Assembly: GCF_009914755.1 (NCBI RefSeq)
Contig: NC_060926.1
DNA length: 64,000 nucleotides
From: the human T2T-CHM13v2.0 reference genome, Homo sapiens
Reading direction: 5' to 3' (one strand)
Shown piece by piece: positions 1-14,858 of this stretch. A program made the position numbers and the translations under genes. The stretch's first letter is position 1, and each line of letters opens with the position of its first letter. The notes beneath the pieces are model-generated. The model had not been told where the DNA came from. It saw only the letters and a program-made list of their open reading frames with translations, and searched no databases.

Positions 1-100
1 TCAGAGATAAGGAGGTTACACAACTACTCTAAGATAGGGAGATGGAAAGTGGCAGAACCAGAACCCAAGCAATCTGGCTCCAGAGCCTGGGCTCTAATGC
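1..100 (-). mobile_element. MIR fragment
   Basis: agtggcagaaccagaacccaagcaatctggctccagagcctgggctctaa resembles the MIR core in reverse orientation. Confidence 0.6.
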
Positions 101-149
101 TGATCATTATTCCCATCTCTAATGAGCACAGAGAAACAATTACGAGCCC

Positions 150-790
150 AGAAAATAGGAGGGAAAGAAGATTTCAATGGAAATGTGAGAAGGTTGTTTC
201 TGGACAAGTTGAGTGTAAGACATTGGCTCATTTCAAGTTCAAGTGTGGAGCAAGGGTGAGCATGGCTTTTGGAGCTCCCATGAGATGTTGCAGCTAGAGA
301 GGTGTGTCCTCATGCAGGCGGGCTCTGTTGAGGACCTGCCCCATGCGAGCCACTCCGGGGATCATATGTTGAATAGATGGACAAGTAAATATATGAAATG
401 CGAGGGAATAGGATAATCAAAGTGCTGGGAGTAAATAGTATCCCCAAGAGTGAAAATATAGACAAGGAGCCTTTAGACTCCAAAGTTTAGAGAATCCTTT
501 TAGAGAATAGCGAAAGAGACAGTGAAAGAAACAGACAATTAGATTGGAGCAGTAGGAAGGCAACAAAGAAGAGAGACTTGCCACAAGGGTTGCTCTGCCA
601 TATCTAGTCCAGCAGAGGTTAGGGAGAGTTTTGCTGGGCAGTTTTAGCAGTGGTGAAGGTACAAACCGGATTGTCATCCGCCCAAAAGAAAGGGTGGCAG
701 ATGGCAAAAGGAGACGGCAGAGGATTGTTTTTTAAAGTTTAGTGAAAGGAGAAGGAAAAGAGAGAGACAGGAGGCAATAGCTTGAAGGGG
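150..790 (-). mobile_element. Degraded L2 fragments
   Basis: Purine-rich L2-like phrases (tttctggacaagttgagt, ggagagttttgctgggcagttttagcagtggtg); boundaries approximate. Confidence 0.4.
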
Positions 791-3700
791 GAGGGGGCGG
801 TTAGGGGCTACTGGACAGTAATACATCACAAAGGACCCCTAGTTGCTCCAGAGAGAGAAGGAGGAACAACATCTTTGGGGCCTCCCCAGGCGGGGGTGGG
901 GGGCATTGTATATCCACACCTGTGCTGACAAGGGCAGTGGGGGCCTGATTTGCATAGCAGCAGGATAAAAACCAGCCTCTGGCACCACTGGATTCTTCCC
1001 TGGTAGAAACTCTTCCAGGGTAGGCACATTAGATAAGAGCTACTTGGATTAATTCGGTGACACCATCTTTTAGAATGAGGGTAGAAAGTACTGACGTCAC
1101 CATGCGGCTGATTTTAGAGAAACAATCTATTTCTCCACTGACAAGGATTTGTGGCAGTCAGCAGCTGTTTTATTTCTTTTTTTTTAAAGCTCCCTCCACC
1201 CCTTTCTTCAGACTTCTCTGGACTTACATCTGTCCTCCCAGCTGTGAGCGGCTGAATTCCAGGGTGCAAAACCAAGGGAGACAAGTAGGAGGGGCATACA
1301 AATAATGATTACATGCTGCTTCAGTGTAAATCTCGGTTCATTGTGTGTCCATGGGCACATGCCTTCAAATTCAAGTGCATGCCTCTCTCTCTGCCTTTCA
1401 GTATCTGTCTGTAAACCTTGATGGGATTAAGCATATGTTTTAATAAATATTTTGTTTGCTGTATTCCCATTAATATTCATAGGGAATGGAACACTTTGGG
1501 TTTTGTGATTTCTAATAAACATTGTTGGTGTTGCTAGTCTGTACTGAGCATTCAGTATGCTCCATCAAAATGGCAGCTCTAATTAGGTTCCTTGAATTAG
1601 CTAATGGATTTTGAGAAAGATAGCTTAGAAAGCTCTTACAGCTGTCCAAGATATTCCTGCCATGGCAGAAAGACAAAAGGCCCCTGGAAGCTACAGACTT
1701 CAGAGCTTTAGAAATGCAGCTGACAGTTAAAAAGATAAATTACATTCATATTTTGCCAGTGAAAGTCCTAATACTGAATTAATGTTATTCCTGTAGTGAG
1801 TATCCATTAAGCAGCTCATTTTATTATAAGGATGCATTTTGACCATTAGCTCTTTTTCTTTCCTCGCTCTCCCTCCCCTCTCTCCTTTTTCTCCCTCCAA
1901 TTCCCTAGATATTTTGGACACGGTATTAAAAAGCATCTTTGAAGAAGAGGAAATGATTCCCTTTTTTTCAAGTTATAAATTTAGAAGCTCTCTTAGATAT
2001 ACAATAGGTATTCAGTTTTTTTAAAAATGCCAAAGTAAATATATAAAGAAATAACATAGTGATTCAATTTAAACCTTGAGGCTTATATTTTATGTAGAAT
2101 TGGAAGGGGGGAAGCTTCTAGCTAGGGGGCAGTGGGCTTGTTTACACTTGGAAAAGAGATTATTTGTTAGAAACTATCTCGAATAAAACATGTTACCTCC
2201 TTTCATCTTAATATGGAATGTACAACATAACACAACGCCATTCCACATGTTCCTCGCCTGTACTTCCTAAGAACACAGTCCTGTAACAAATGAGGAACTA
2301 ATGACATCTGAGTGACTACACTTAATGCTACAAATGGGGGGAAAAATACCACGGACAATATTAAAAGTTCATGGCAAATAGCAGAATTCGGGAAACAAGG
2401 ACAGTCACCCAAAAGCTCCTTTTATTAGTTGGATATGTCAGTACTCATTAATTCTGTAACTGTGTTCAGCATAACTTTTTGCTTTCAGTTTATTCATTTG
2501 TAAAACTAATACCTGGTACCTTTCATCTGAAAAGTTACATTCCTCTAGGAACACAACAAATCCTCTAGGGAAATGTTTCCTGGGTCATTAACTCTCAAAT
2601 GTCCAAATTCTGTTTTCCTCCGTGAGCCTCTGTAGCCCCTCTGCTTTTCCAGTCCTGCCTGCCTTTTGGCCTTTTTTCTTCTCATTAGTGTCTTTACCAA
2701 ACAAGGGGCTGGGCAAGGAAAAGAATGTGAAACTCGTGTCAATTAATTGGGGTATTATTTACAGCTCTGGGAAAGCACTTGTTGGGAAAGAAGCTAAAGT
2801 TGTTGGTTTAAATGAGATTTTTTTCAAAATCATCTGTAGTTTTTATTTTTCATGCTCTTCCAAACCTCCTGTTTCTGCAGATAATTGAGAGCTGACTAAA
2901 AGACTGTTGCTAATAAAGCTGTTGGAACGAAGCAAGGAATCAGAAAGCATAGTGTTGACGGAACATATAGATTACAGATCAGACAGCTGCTTTACCTCAG
3001 TATGATACAAATAAAATGGAAAAGCATTGTTATGTGAAGTGCCAGAAAAAAAGATACTCAATTATTCCCCACACATGACTTCACCATGATGGGTAAAAGG
3101 CATAATTGACATCATGTTTATTGAAAAAACTAGCAACTGTCACACTGTCGAGAGGCTACTGAGAGCTGGAGGAAGGGCATTTTTTTATTCGTTTTCACTG
3201 TGGGTTATTTATAGAGTTCAATTGTCAGCAGCAGAGTGCCTAATTTTCCTTCTTCTTTGATATTCGACAACTCATTCACTGTTCAGATCAAGAAGACAGC
3301 TGCAAATTGCTCCATGGCAGATACTCAGGCATTGCCATTACCTCGCCTGAATGGGGCAATGGCTATTTATTAATTAAGATTCTCTGCCTACTTTCCCTTA
3401 AAGTGCCAGTGGGAAAAGTCTTTGTCAACCCATAATGGGTCTAGTTTCATTTGTTTTGTTTTGTTTTGTTTCATTTTAACTTTTTGCTGTCTGATTTGGC
3501 AGCCAGACCCAGATTCCTAATGGGAAATTTATCATTATATTGCTGATGCATCGTGCTTCATCACCAGATGATGTTACTAGTCAAACAAGAGCTCTGGTTA
3601 TGGAAAATGATCAGTTTTCAAACTGAAAGAAAGTTTCAATGTCCCATTTCCCCCATCTCCAGTGGCCCTCTGGCACGTTAGCCAACAAGTAGGGAGATTG

Positions 3701-4029
3701 AAATAGAGAACTTTTGCCAATGATTTTATCAACCATTTAGCCTGCACTGTATGCACACACAAGAAATCATCAAATCTAAGTACAAGAAAAGCTCAGAGAG
3801 GTCAGCTAGTTCCTTCCATAGGTTGTGATATATGGGGTTACAGAGAGCTAGCGTCTCCCAGAGTTCTCTTGATATGAAGCAGAACTCTGAGGATGGTGGT
3901 GCTGGCCCTACTTGCAATTCTTCAGTGGGTCTGCATCATCCCCTTTAGAAAGATTGGTGGATGGGGCTGTTAAGGTCCTACCAGCTGTATTTCCCAGTTT
4001 CTCCACACATTCCCCACACTTGTGCGGTG

Positions 4030-4340
4030 CCTGACTGTGTGCCCTTTCATGTGGCCACTCCATTTCAAGTGGTGTTCCTTCCAGCTGGCATGCCCAGCCA
4101 CCCTCTCTTTATCCTTGTCTCTTCTCTAATAGGCCTTTCCTGACCTCCCCAAGCCAAGTTAACACCCTCTGCTCTGAGCTACTGCTGGAGTTCATCATAC
4201 TTCATGATACTTCCTCTTAATAATTGCCACATTGCACTGTCATTATTTATTTATATCTGTGTCTCCCCAACTAGACTGTGAAATCCCTGAGGGTCAAGTC
4301 GGGGTCTTAATCACCTTTGCATCCCTAAGGCCACAGCAAT
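4030..4340 (+). mobile_element. L2 3' end
   Basis: tctgtgtctccccaactagactgtgaaatccctgagggtc...cacctttgcatccc is typical of the L2 3' terminus. Confidence 0.65.
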
Positions 4341-4717
4341 ATTTATGAATAAGTAAAGCTTAAATAAATGTACACATCAGAAATTTTTCAGAGGGTTATT
4401 GGAGAGCTTTTGAAAGCACTTGAGGATTTAGGTCTGCTACCAGTTTATTATTTTCTATTCTGTTTTGAAGAGAAAGCCAGCATTCCCCTAGCAAGGATTT
4501 ATAAGAATCTGAGCATGTTTTAAAAACAACTGAAACAATCCATAGGAGATGGTAATGTCAGCTGTCTGCTATTCTGTACACCCCTAATGTTGGAAGGTCA
4601 GTAGAAGGCCCTAGGGTTAGCAGAGCTCACTTTGCATCTAGGCTAATGAGAGCTGTGGGATCTTCTTGGATTGAATGCCCTTTGGGAGCTAAGTAGATGC
4701 TAACTTTTGATGCAATC

Positions 4718-5135
4718 TGCATCAGTCCATTCTAGCACTAATATGAAGAAATACCTGAGGCTGGGTAATGTATAAACAGAAGAGGTCGAGTTGGCTCACG
4801 GTTCCACGGGCTGTACGGGAAACATGGCAGCATCTGCCTCTGGGGAGGCCTCAGGGAGCTTTTACTTAGAGGGGAAGGCAAAGGGGAAGCAGGCACATCT
4901 TATGCGTCTGGAGCAGGAGGAAGAGAGTGGGTTGGGTGGGTGAAGGTAGGGGAGGAAAGGCGCTACACACTTAAACAACCAGATCTCATAATAACTCAGT
5001 CACTGGCACAAGAACAGTACCAAGGGGATGGTCCTAAACCATGATCCAATCACCTCCCACCAGGCCCCACCTCCAGCATTGGGGATTACGATTCAACATG
5101 AGATTTGAGTGGGGACACAGAGACAAACCGTACCA
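4718..5135 (-). mobile_element. Solo MaLR LTR (MSTA/MSTB-like)
   Basis: Starts tgcatcagtccatt...aagaaatacctgaggctgggtaat and ends caatcacctcccaccaggccccacctcc...gagatttgagtggggacacag...caaaccgtacca. Confidence 0.88.
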
Positions 5136-6478
5136 CGAGTTGAGAATCTATTTGGATTAATTGTTATGACCTTATTCAAAAATCTCAGAGTAGCATATGG
5201 ACGTAAAAGGAATGAAAAGAATGTAGGTGATATCAGAACATGTTCATAAATTCTTGGACCTAGACCTAATTGCTTTATGCTAATCATATTAGAATACTGC
5301 ATATATAATTCTATGTTTATTACATAGCACGATTTAACACCATATGTGATCATTAAGATTGGCCTCATGGTCACTTACCTATGTGACCCAAGCATCCCTT
5401 CTGGGCATTTGGAGAATGTATATCCTTTAACAGTAGAAAAGTAAGGACTCGTTCACTTGTCACATATATTTAGAACACTTTGACTCTTAACACCGAGGGT
5501 CGAGCTCCTAATCACAATCTTTAGCTTCTTTCAATTGAAAAATGTTTTCTCCTTTTTTAAAACACTCTTTTCCTTTGTCACTGTTATTATTTTCCCAATA
5601 CCCTCCATTGGGGAAGAAAAACAAAAGCATTGTTGTGTAAGTAAGAAACTGCTGTATTAATCTACTGACGTTTTGTTATATTTTTCACTTTTCACTATGC
5701 ACTATCCTGACTGTTCTCTTCTAACTGACATAATCCTCTAAATTAAAAAAAATACAAGCTACCATCCGTGCACTAAATTATTTAGAGTGTCCTTATTTTT
5801 CCTTAAAATTGTGTGGTCCATTAAAACTTACTTTCTTATTATCTGTAAGGAAAGGTTAGGTACCCAGCTGTTGGGAATCAGTGGCCTTTGATGGTATTCC
5901 AGGATCTCTTGGGAGAAGAGGGAACTTCTATGTTGTGTCCTCTGAGGAAGAAGGAATGTCATGGAGGCCTAGGAAATTCCCAAGGTTTCATGGCCTGCAG
6001 CCCACAAAGGCTTATTTTTCCCAGAGTTGACCCTGAAAGTTTAATCCCCATATAAATGTCAGATATGTATTCTTAAAACTCAACTGTGTTTGATTTAAGC
6101 CTAAAAGATAATAATTTTATCTTTGCAGTTCCTGCAGTTGTTGGTGAGAATTTCTTTGAGAAGGCATGAGTGTGTGCGTATTAGTGTTATCATTAATTTG
6201 TTCAAGTACCATCTAAACAACATTTTATTTCTCCTTAAACTGTCTTTTGTTCAGTTCAAGAAGGTGAACGATAATTAAAATAATACAAGTTTTGTAGGTT
6301 TCCTCTATTTACCTTTTTAATCAATATTTTGCTAATTTTGTTTTGGACCGTCGAGTCCTTTGAGAAAACCTATAGTATTCCAAGTGGAGTCATGTCTTAA
6401 ACAAGGTTAGTTTCTAAAGTCATTACATGAGACAAAAATTGTGTATTGACAAAATTAATCTTGGGAAACACTTTAGGA

Positions 6479-6782
6479 CAGTGGTCCCCAACCTTTTTGG
6501 CACCAGGGACTGGTTTCCTGGAAGACAATTTTTCCACAGGGCGGGGGGTGTTGGGGGTTGGGGAACACAGGGCCAGGCACTAGATTCTCATAAGGACCAT
6601 GCAACCTACATCCCTTGCATGCGTGGTTCACCATAGGGTTCGTGCTCCTATAAGAATCTAATGCAGCCACTGATCTGACAGGAGGCAGAGCTCAGGCAGT
6701 AATGCTCACCTGTGTAAGCTCACCGGTTTCTAATAGGCCATGGACTGGTACCAGTTTATGGCCTGGGGGTTGGTGACCTCTG
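6479..6782 (-). mobile_element. MER1B-like hAT-Charlie non-autonomous DNA transposon
   Basis: Terminal inverted repeats cagtggtccccaacc / ggttggtgacctctg; perfect 8-bp target site duplication (TSD) ctttagga at 6471-6478 and 6783-6790. Confidence 0.92.
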
Positions 6783-7599
6783 CTTTAGGAGGATACTATA
6801 TTGGACTCTGCCTATGATCTCTCACTGAACCCACTCACTGCTGTTTCTTTAGCACTGCATTAGATGGCTCTTCCCTTGGTTGAGCATCAGCTGAAGTAGT
6901 TGGCTTGCATATACAAGGCCATGTTGTACAAGTAATATACATCCTTAAACGCTGAAATGATGTTCAGCACAGCATAAAACTTACATCAGGAAAGGTGCCT
7001 AGGAACTGACACTGACCAAAGGAAATCAACTCAGTTCATGTTCAGGGACATATGTTCGTTAAATGGAATGTCCAATGGAATCACTATCACTACTTAAATT
7101 GCTATTCTGCCCCCAAGCCTCTGTTTGTGTCTAAGCTCAGATATTTGGTGTATCAATTAAATGCAGCTGGGATGCAGTATCACTATACTCCAGCCATGTT
7201 AGAACAGCTATATCTATATGAATTATAATATAGACTATGGCTTATTTATCATTTTTTAACAGAAGACACAATGGATGCACAGTTGCAAATTGATCCAAAT
7301 CTATTTTTCTTTGCATGTATGTATGCTTGTTTTGCAAAGATGTAGAGTAGAAAGAAAGGGATAATATTGCTGCCATCCAGTGTGAACTTTTCAACTATAT
7401 TTTAAAATCTTTCTTTTTTAAGAAACCAAAATTATCGTATTAAACACTTGATAAGTTTCTTCTGTGACACCCACATACTGTATGTTGTTAATAAAATTGA
7501 CAAAATGCCTTGAGACAATATGTATCACACACTTACACATAACTTTGAAGTGTCCAGTATTTGTGTAAATTACTTAAGGCTCAAAAATATTGCACTGGG

Positions 7600-7756
7600 G
7601 GCTGGGTGCAGTGGCTTACAGTGGCTCACACCTATAATCCCAGTGCTTTAGGAGGCCGAGACAGGAGGATAGCTTGAGCTCAGGAGTTCGAGGTTACAAT
7701 CAGCTATTATCACACCATGTACTCCAGCCTGGGCAACAGTATAAGACTCTGTCTCT
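7600..7756 (+). mobile_element. Alu monomer (FRAM-like)
   Basis: Single monomer with right-arm-type insert (aggttacaatcagctattatcacaccatgtactccagcctgggcaac); small cagtggct duplication near its 5' end. Confidence 0.8.
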
Positions 7757-7757
7757 A

Positions 7758-7907
7758 AATATACATATATATGTGTGTGTATATATATACGTATATATAC
7801 ACATATATATACGTATATATATACACACACATATATATGGCATATATATGTATATATACGTATATATATACATATATACATATATATACACACACACACA
7901 TATATAT
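7758..7907. repeat. Compound (TA)n/(CA)n/(TG)n microsatellite replacing the Alu tail
   Basis: Alternating purine-pyrimidine tract of about 150 bp; source of the Y/I-rich spurious ORFs. Confidence 0.95.
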
Positions 7908-8437
7908 GGCACTGTGTTGGAAGAACTGTATTAGAATACTATTCAAAATATAAATAACTCAAATGGGTATTTTATGACTGATGGCAAAACTGACTTCTAA
8001 AATTTGAACACAGTCAGGAGGTCATTGTACAGTATTAGAATAAGGCAGTTATTTGTTACTGGCCTATTATGGTGAACTGAAGCCATAAATAATAACTGGC
8101 ATGTTGTTGAATTTTGAGTTACACTGTCGGGGTCACTCCTAAGGTATTTCTCCCTTTGTGAGAAATGGAGATACAGAAGCAGAATGTTCTGATTAGAAGC
8201 CAGCCTTGCATTGCCCCAAGTGATAAAGAGCAAAGGTAGAGCAATGCCTTTTATCAGAAGAGGAGATGACATTGATCTGGTGACGATTCTCAGTCACAAC
8301 AATCAATCACATAGGAGGAAGTTGCCTTCGTGAATCAATGGATTACTTTCAGTGGTAAATGGTAGCTGTGGTTCATGGTGTGTGTGAAAGAGCTTACCAT
8401 TTCAAAATTGCCAAGGGAAGTGGGCCTTTATTTCTTT

Positions 8438-9926
8438 TTTTTATATATATACTTTAAGTTTTAGGGTACATGTGCACAACGTGCAGGTTAGTTACATATG
8501 TATACATGTGCCATGTTCGTGTGCTGCACCCAGCAACTCGTCATTTAACATTAGGTGTATCTCCTAATGCTATCCCTCCCCACTCCCCCCACCCCACAAC
8601 AGGCCCCAGTGTGTGATGTTCCCCTTCCTGTGTCCATGTGTTCTCATTGTTCAATTCCCACCTATGAGCGAGAACGTGCGGTGTTTAGTTTTCTGTCCTG
8701 GCAATAGTTTGCTGAGAATTATGGTTTCCAGCTTCATCCATGTCCCTACAAAGGACATGAATTCATCATTTTTTATGGCTGCATAGTATTCCGTGGTGTA
8801 TATGTGCCACATTTTCTTAATCCAGTCTATCATTGTTGGACATTTGGCTTGGTTCCAAGTCTTTGCTATTGTGAAGTGCTGTAATAAACATACGTGTGCA
8901 TGTGTCTTTATAGCAGCATGATTTATAATCCTTCAGGTATATACCCAGTAATGGGATGGCTGGGTCAAATGGTATTTCTAGTTCTAGATCCCTGAGGAAT
9001 CGCCACACTGACTTCCACAATGCTTGAACTAGTTTACAGTCCCACCAACAGTATAAAAGTGTTCCTATTTCTCCACATCCTCTCCAGCACCTGTTGTTTC
9101 CTGACTTTTTAGTGATCGCCATTCTAACTGGTGTGAGATGGTATCTCATTGTGGTTTTTGATTTGCATTTCTCTGATGGCCAGTGATGATGACCATTTTT
9201 TCATGTGTCTTTTGGCTGAATAAATGTCTTTTGAGAAGTGTCTGTTCATATCCTTCGCCCACTTTTTGATGGGGTTGTTTTTTTCTTGTAAATGTGTTGG
9301 AGTTCATTGTAGATTCTGGATATTAGCCCTTTGTCAGATGAGTAGATTGCAAAAATTTCCTCCCATTCTGTAGGTTGCCTGTTCACTCTGATGGTAGTTT
9401 CTTTTGCTGTGCAGAAGCTCTTTAGTTTAATTAGATCCCATTTGTCAATGCTGGCTTTTGTTGCCATTGCTTTTGGTGTTTTAGACATGAAGTCCTTGCC
9501 CATGCCTATGTCCTGAATGGTATTGCCTAGGTTTTCTTCTAGGGTTTCTATGGTTTTAAGTCTTAACATTTAAGTCTTTAATCCATCTTGAATTAATTTT
9601 TGTATAAGATGTAAGGAAGGGATCCAGTTTCAGCTTTCTCCATATGGCTAGCCAGTTTTCCCAGCACCATTTATTAAATAGGGAATTGTTTCCCCATTTC
9701 TTGTTTTTGTCAGGTTTGTGAAAGATCAGATGGTTGTAGATATGCAGCATTATTTCTGAGGGTTCTGTTCTGTTCTATTGGTCTATATCTCTGTTTTGGT
9801 ACCAGTACCATACTGTTTTGTTTACTGTAGCCTTGTAGCATAGTTTGAAGTCAGGTAGTGTGATGCCTCTAGCTTTGTTCTTTTTGCTTAGGATTGACTT
9901 GGCAATGCGAGCTCTTTTTTGGTTCC
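8438..9926 (-). mobile_element. 5'-truncated L1PA (about PA3-PA5), 1.5 kb, ORF2 3' part plus 3'UTR
   Basis: ORF2 C-terminal peptides ([19 protein letters not shown]); T-rich tail at 8435-8452; 15-bp TSD ggccttt(a/g)tttcttt at 8423-8437 and 9927-9941. Confidence 0.96.
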
Positions 9927-12018
9927 GGCCTTTGTTTCTTTATGCTCCACCACTATGGCTTGATTCATTGGGTCAAGGTCCAGCCCAGGGTTAAGATTTC
10001 CAAGACAAGTCTTCGAGCTATAGGAGTCAAAGGATCAGTTTACCAAGCTAGGGATGGAAATACTAAGACAAGGATCTCAAAGGAGGCAGATGCTGAAAGC
10101 AGGACACATATTGAGAAAGACAAAAGGTCAGCCTCAGGTTGCCATGGTGAGGTCGGGAGCCCAGATAAGCCAAGCCAAGTTGTCAGATTGTTGCATCCAG
10201 GTCAAAATGCCACAGGCAGCATCAGGATGGCTGGGGGGAGGACCGCAGTTCAGGATTATAGTCTGAGCTGATGTATTATTGTGATTTTCAGGTTTCCTCT
10301 ACCTTATGACCCTAACTTGCATGTTAACCTCTCTGGACCAGTTTCTCAGGTTGCCCACAGGATCCTGACATAAGGATGAGTAATTTTGTTGAACCCTTGA
10401 AAATTCATGCAAAGACACACTTTTCAAAGTTTTATGTTAGTGTAGAGCATAGTTTTTCATCAGATTCTGCTGCCGTTTTATGTGACATTAAATACTCTCT
10501 TAAGATGCTGAAGCATTGTTTCCTCACCTACTAAGAGGTATCATGTCAGAGATAATGGACAGAAGAAGCCCTTAGAAATAAAAGCAGATTTTACATTTGG
10601 AAGGTTTGTGTTGTCTGTTTAATATTATTCACCCTTTCTCTAAATTCATTATTCTTAACATAGAATATTATAGGCAATTATAGTAAACAAAGACCCCTTA
10701 ATTTAGAGTAGAGTAATTGTTTTAATCAACAAGATAACTTAAATCTGGTAGAAATTAAATGTCCATATAAGCTAAGACATAGTCTTGTTATTTGGGGGGA
10801 ATCTTTTGGCAAAAATAATTTGAAATGGGGGCTACCTTCATTAATAGTGACAGTAAATTTGGGAAGAAATTAGAAAGAAGTATCCCCAAAGTTGTCCATG
10901 GATAGTCAGCTATCAGTCCTAAAATTTCACCGGGCTAAACAGTGAAAAATCTTATTTGTCAATGCACCTTTGAAAAAAATAGAGATGCTTTATAAGAAAT
11001 GGGAAACGGGGAAAATAGAGGATTTACACAATCATAACTTTACCTGGATATTTACACTGGATAATTTTCAGAGCTGTTCTAGACTTAAATGTCATTTGAA
11101 GAATGCTATGGAATTAAGTTCCTTAAAAAGCAATTATTTATTATTAAATTAGTATATATGGGCACACTATATAAATGTATTTTCATTATGAGATGTTAAA
11201 TCTGGAGAGTATGAGTGTAAGTGGTGTTGGGGGTGTAGTTTCTTTAAATCTTAAATGCTCTTCAATTAAGAATCCTAAATGCATGTACAAGAGTCTCTCA
11301 AAGTTTTATTTGACAGAAATCTTTATTACCAACTGAAAATAAATAATACTTATGTCCATGACTATCTGTCTTCAGCTGAATATTCTTTTCCAGAATCTTT
11401 TCTTGGGATTTGAGAAAAATTAGCAAAATAAGCGTGCATATAGCCTGTTTAATTATATTATAGTTATGTTATTGAGAGTGTGAATGCCATAGAATCTCAG
11501 GTGTTTTAGAAGTTCTGTTCCCACTATGGAAAAAAAAATCTGCCCTGTTTTCTAAGACAGAACTATGGTACTGTTAAGTTTTAAGTTTAAAAATAAAGCT
11601 GGGATGATTTTTAGCTTCTTACATGCCAAAAGACAAAAACAAAGAACACTCCCCCTGTGGAAGAAGTCAGGAAAATAATAGTATCTTAGCGTTCTTAAAG
11701 GGTACCAAGGTGTTTTTCTTTATTCCATGTCTTTAAACCCTTTTTGAGAAAACCATTGAAATTCCACCCTTTTGTGAGTATACAAAAATTAACACCATAC
11801 TTACATAATTAACAATCTTAAAGGAAGCATCAAAATAACATTTTATAGTAACTTCATAAAAAATTAAAGACTCTGTAAAACACTAAACTCAAAAACACTC
11901 CCTATCCTACTCACTGTTGTTGACACGCATACATCCAATTTAAAGGGTTTTATTCAGAGAGTTCGTAAGGATTATCACCTCCAGATAGGAATATTCCTGT
12001 TAAAGTTACAGGCTATAA

Positions 12019-12367
<349 letters not shown>

Positions 12368-13063
12368 TTATAAAGACCATTTCTTAACTGCATCATCAAA
12401 TCTGGACACCAGGCTGGTACCCACAAATAAGGGCAGTGCTCACCAAAGGCCAACACCTCTCCTTCCAAATGAAGAGCTACATCTTGAGGCTGTATGAAAA
12501 CAACACGAAAACAGAAACAGCTGTTTGAAATCAACTATATACAACTGAATCCTGGTTAGGATGCATATATTTACATAGATGCCCACTTATACATATGTAA
12601 TCACAGATAATTCCCAGGTCCCACAGTGGCCAGGGTTTGGTGGTAGTGACCACCTCCCTCTCATTCAGTTAGTGGTGAACTTCCCCAGCAGTTCTGTCTG
12701 CCTCTCAATCCTGGTCCTGATCCAGAATGTGTCTTTCATGTAGGATCTTTGTCATATGTTGATTCTCCTTTGCACCCCATTCCGTTTTATACCAGCTCTC
12801 TACATAAGCCTGTTAGAGATATAATATTAATTGCCCAGAAATCTCAGCCTGCAGTGGCTCCAACATCATTTTTTAATGAATACGGACTTCATTGCATGTA
12901 TTTCTATTACTTTGGTTACTTCTATTTTTATTGCAAAGATCTGTGCAAATAAAAGAATATCAAAAGGTACGGCTATAAATGTGCTCTGCTAAATTCCCTC
13001 TGCCTTGAAATGCCTGTGAACCGCAGCCACAGAATGCCTGCTGCATTTTAATGCCTTTCTTGC

Positions 13064-13290
13064 GAGGCAACATGATATAGTAGAAACAGCGCTGGTTGGG
13101 AGTCACACAAATCCTGGCCCACCATTCACCAGTTGTGTTCCTTAACGTCTCTGAGCCTCAGTGTGCTCGTGTGTAAAATGTCAACAATAATGTCATCTTC
13201 ACAGATTTGACTGAGGCTTAAATGAGATGAGGTATGTAAAGCACAAATGTTGTCTTTAGGACATCATAGGAGCTTGATAAATGTTAATTT
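13064..13290 (+). mobile_element. MIR
   Basis: tctctgagcctcagtgtgctcgtgtgtaaaatg...aaatgagatgaggtatgtaaagcac MIR core. Confidence 0.8.
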
Positions 13291-14781
13291 TTTTCAGCCT
13301 GCAGCAGTCATAGGAGGAGATGAAGGCATGCACAGATGAACACTCATTTTAAAAAGTACTACAGTTGAGGTCATTTTTAAGGCTAGATTCCAAATGCCTT
13401 AGTGTGATGTTTATGACATGTGGGAATTTGTTGCTGTAGGTGGCCATGAAGAAAATGACATGGTTTCTGAAATCCATTACAACTTTAAGCTCTGTCCAGC
13501 TCTAAAGTGTTATAAGAAAGGGCCTGTTTAATGATACATCTGCCTTTAAAGGCATAAGCAATGTAATTTATTTTTAAAATCATTACAATATACATCATGT
13601 TATTATACTGCTTGAATTAATTTCACATAAAATTCCAGCACATCGAAAGTGTAAGACTGTCATTGATCACCTATATAGGGATACAGCTGTAATAGAAACT
13701 TTTTGTAAGGATGGCCAGGGCTTTACTTCATTCAGTGAATAAATAATTAGGAAAGCCTAATTGTTAAACTAACAATGTGGAGATGAGGTTATTGACACTT
13801 TTACTAGTTTTATATGGTTTCAATAGTATTTGAATTACATCATGATCTGATGTCACTTCTGAAGCTATTTCTAGAATCAGTGCTGCTAAATTCCATGAAG
13901 CAAGGAATATAGAACAAACGACATATAAATAGGGAAGGAAAATGGGAATCCTCAGAAAGTAAATCCTGTAGGCTAGCCTTCACTTCCATTCTTGTTCAGT
14001 ATCTTGCTAGAGGACCCAGTCTCTAAAACATAAAATGAGATGAAGGAAGGGAAGTAGGTTGGAAGGCAGTAAGCCATAGTGGAAGAGCAGTCTTTGAAAT
14101 GAGAAAACACTTGTTAATCATCTATTTGCTAGGAGCTTCATATTCTTCATCTTTATTGAGCAGAATAATAAATCCATCAGTATTTTTTGAGGTTTTAAGA
14201 TATTGACAGCACCTGTCACACAGGAATTGTAAATAAACTCATGTACCAATTCCTATAGATTAGTAGTGGCTTTCTGAGGTTCTAGGCTAAAAGAATTCTG
14301 AGAATTCTTTCCCAATTACAGCATTGAGAAAGAATGCTCTAATTGATTCGTGATGTCTGCTGTGGACAGAGAGTGGAGTAAGTAAAAGTATATATAGATA
14401 TATTTGCTATATAAGTGTTCAATAAATTATAACCATTATGATGATTGCCACTATCACAAAGGTGTATGTCCCTCTAAAATTTGCTAAGTTTCTACATCTT
14501 CAGTGCAATATGGAATCAATTAATTGCTTTGGTTATAATAGTGGCGTATATTATTTTTATTAATTTGGTGGTAAGCATATGTGTATTATCTGCTGAGAAG
14601 AGCTACAAATCAGAAATTGGAATTTGCTGTCCCTAATCTTACCACCTTAAATACCTATTTAGGAAAAGTCTGATACCATTTCTAAAAGTAGAATGAGGGT
14701 TGAGAGGAAAAAAGAAGAGATGATATTGAGACATCGTCCCAGGTTACCACAAAAGGTTTGCACAGTGTTCCATATTTTAAA

Positions 14782-14858
14782 AAAATATTCACACAAGGGA
14801 GAAGATACAGCATGTTTTGCACTTAGATGGTCCATGACTTTCTGGGCTGTTTTCCTGT
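14782..14858 (+). repeat. Local duplication copy A (partner 15974-16046)
   Basis: aaaatattcacacaagggagaagatacagcatgttttgcacttag... is repeated with about 6 substitutions and a 4-bp indel. Confidence 0.85.

Noticed and set aside
7648-7957. Stack of Y/I/T-rich ORFs on both strands
   Set aside because: Produced by the TA/CA microsatellite.
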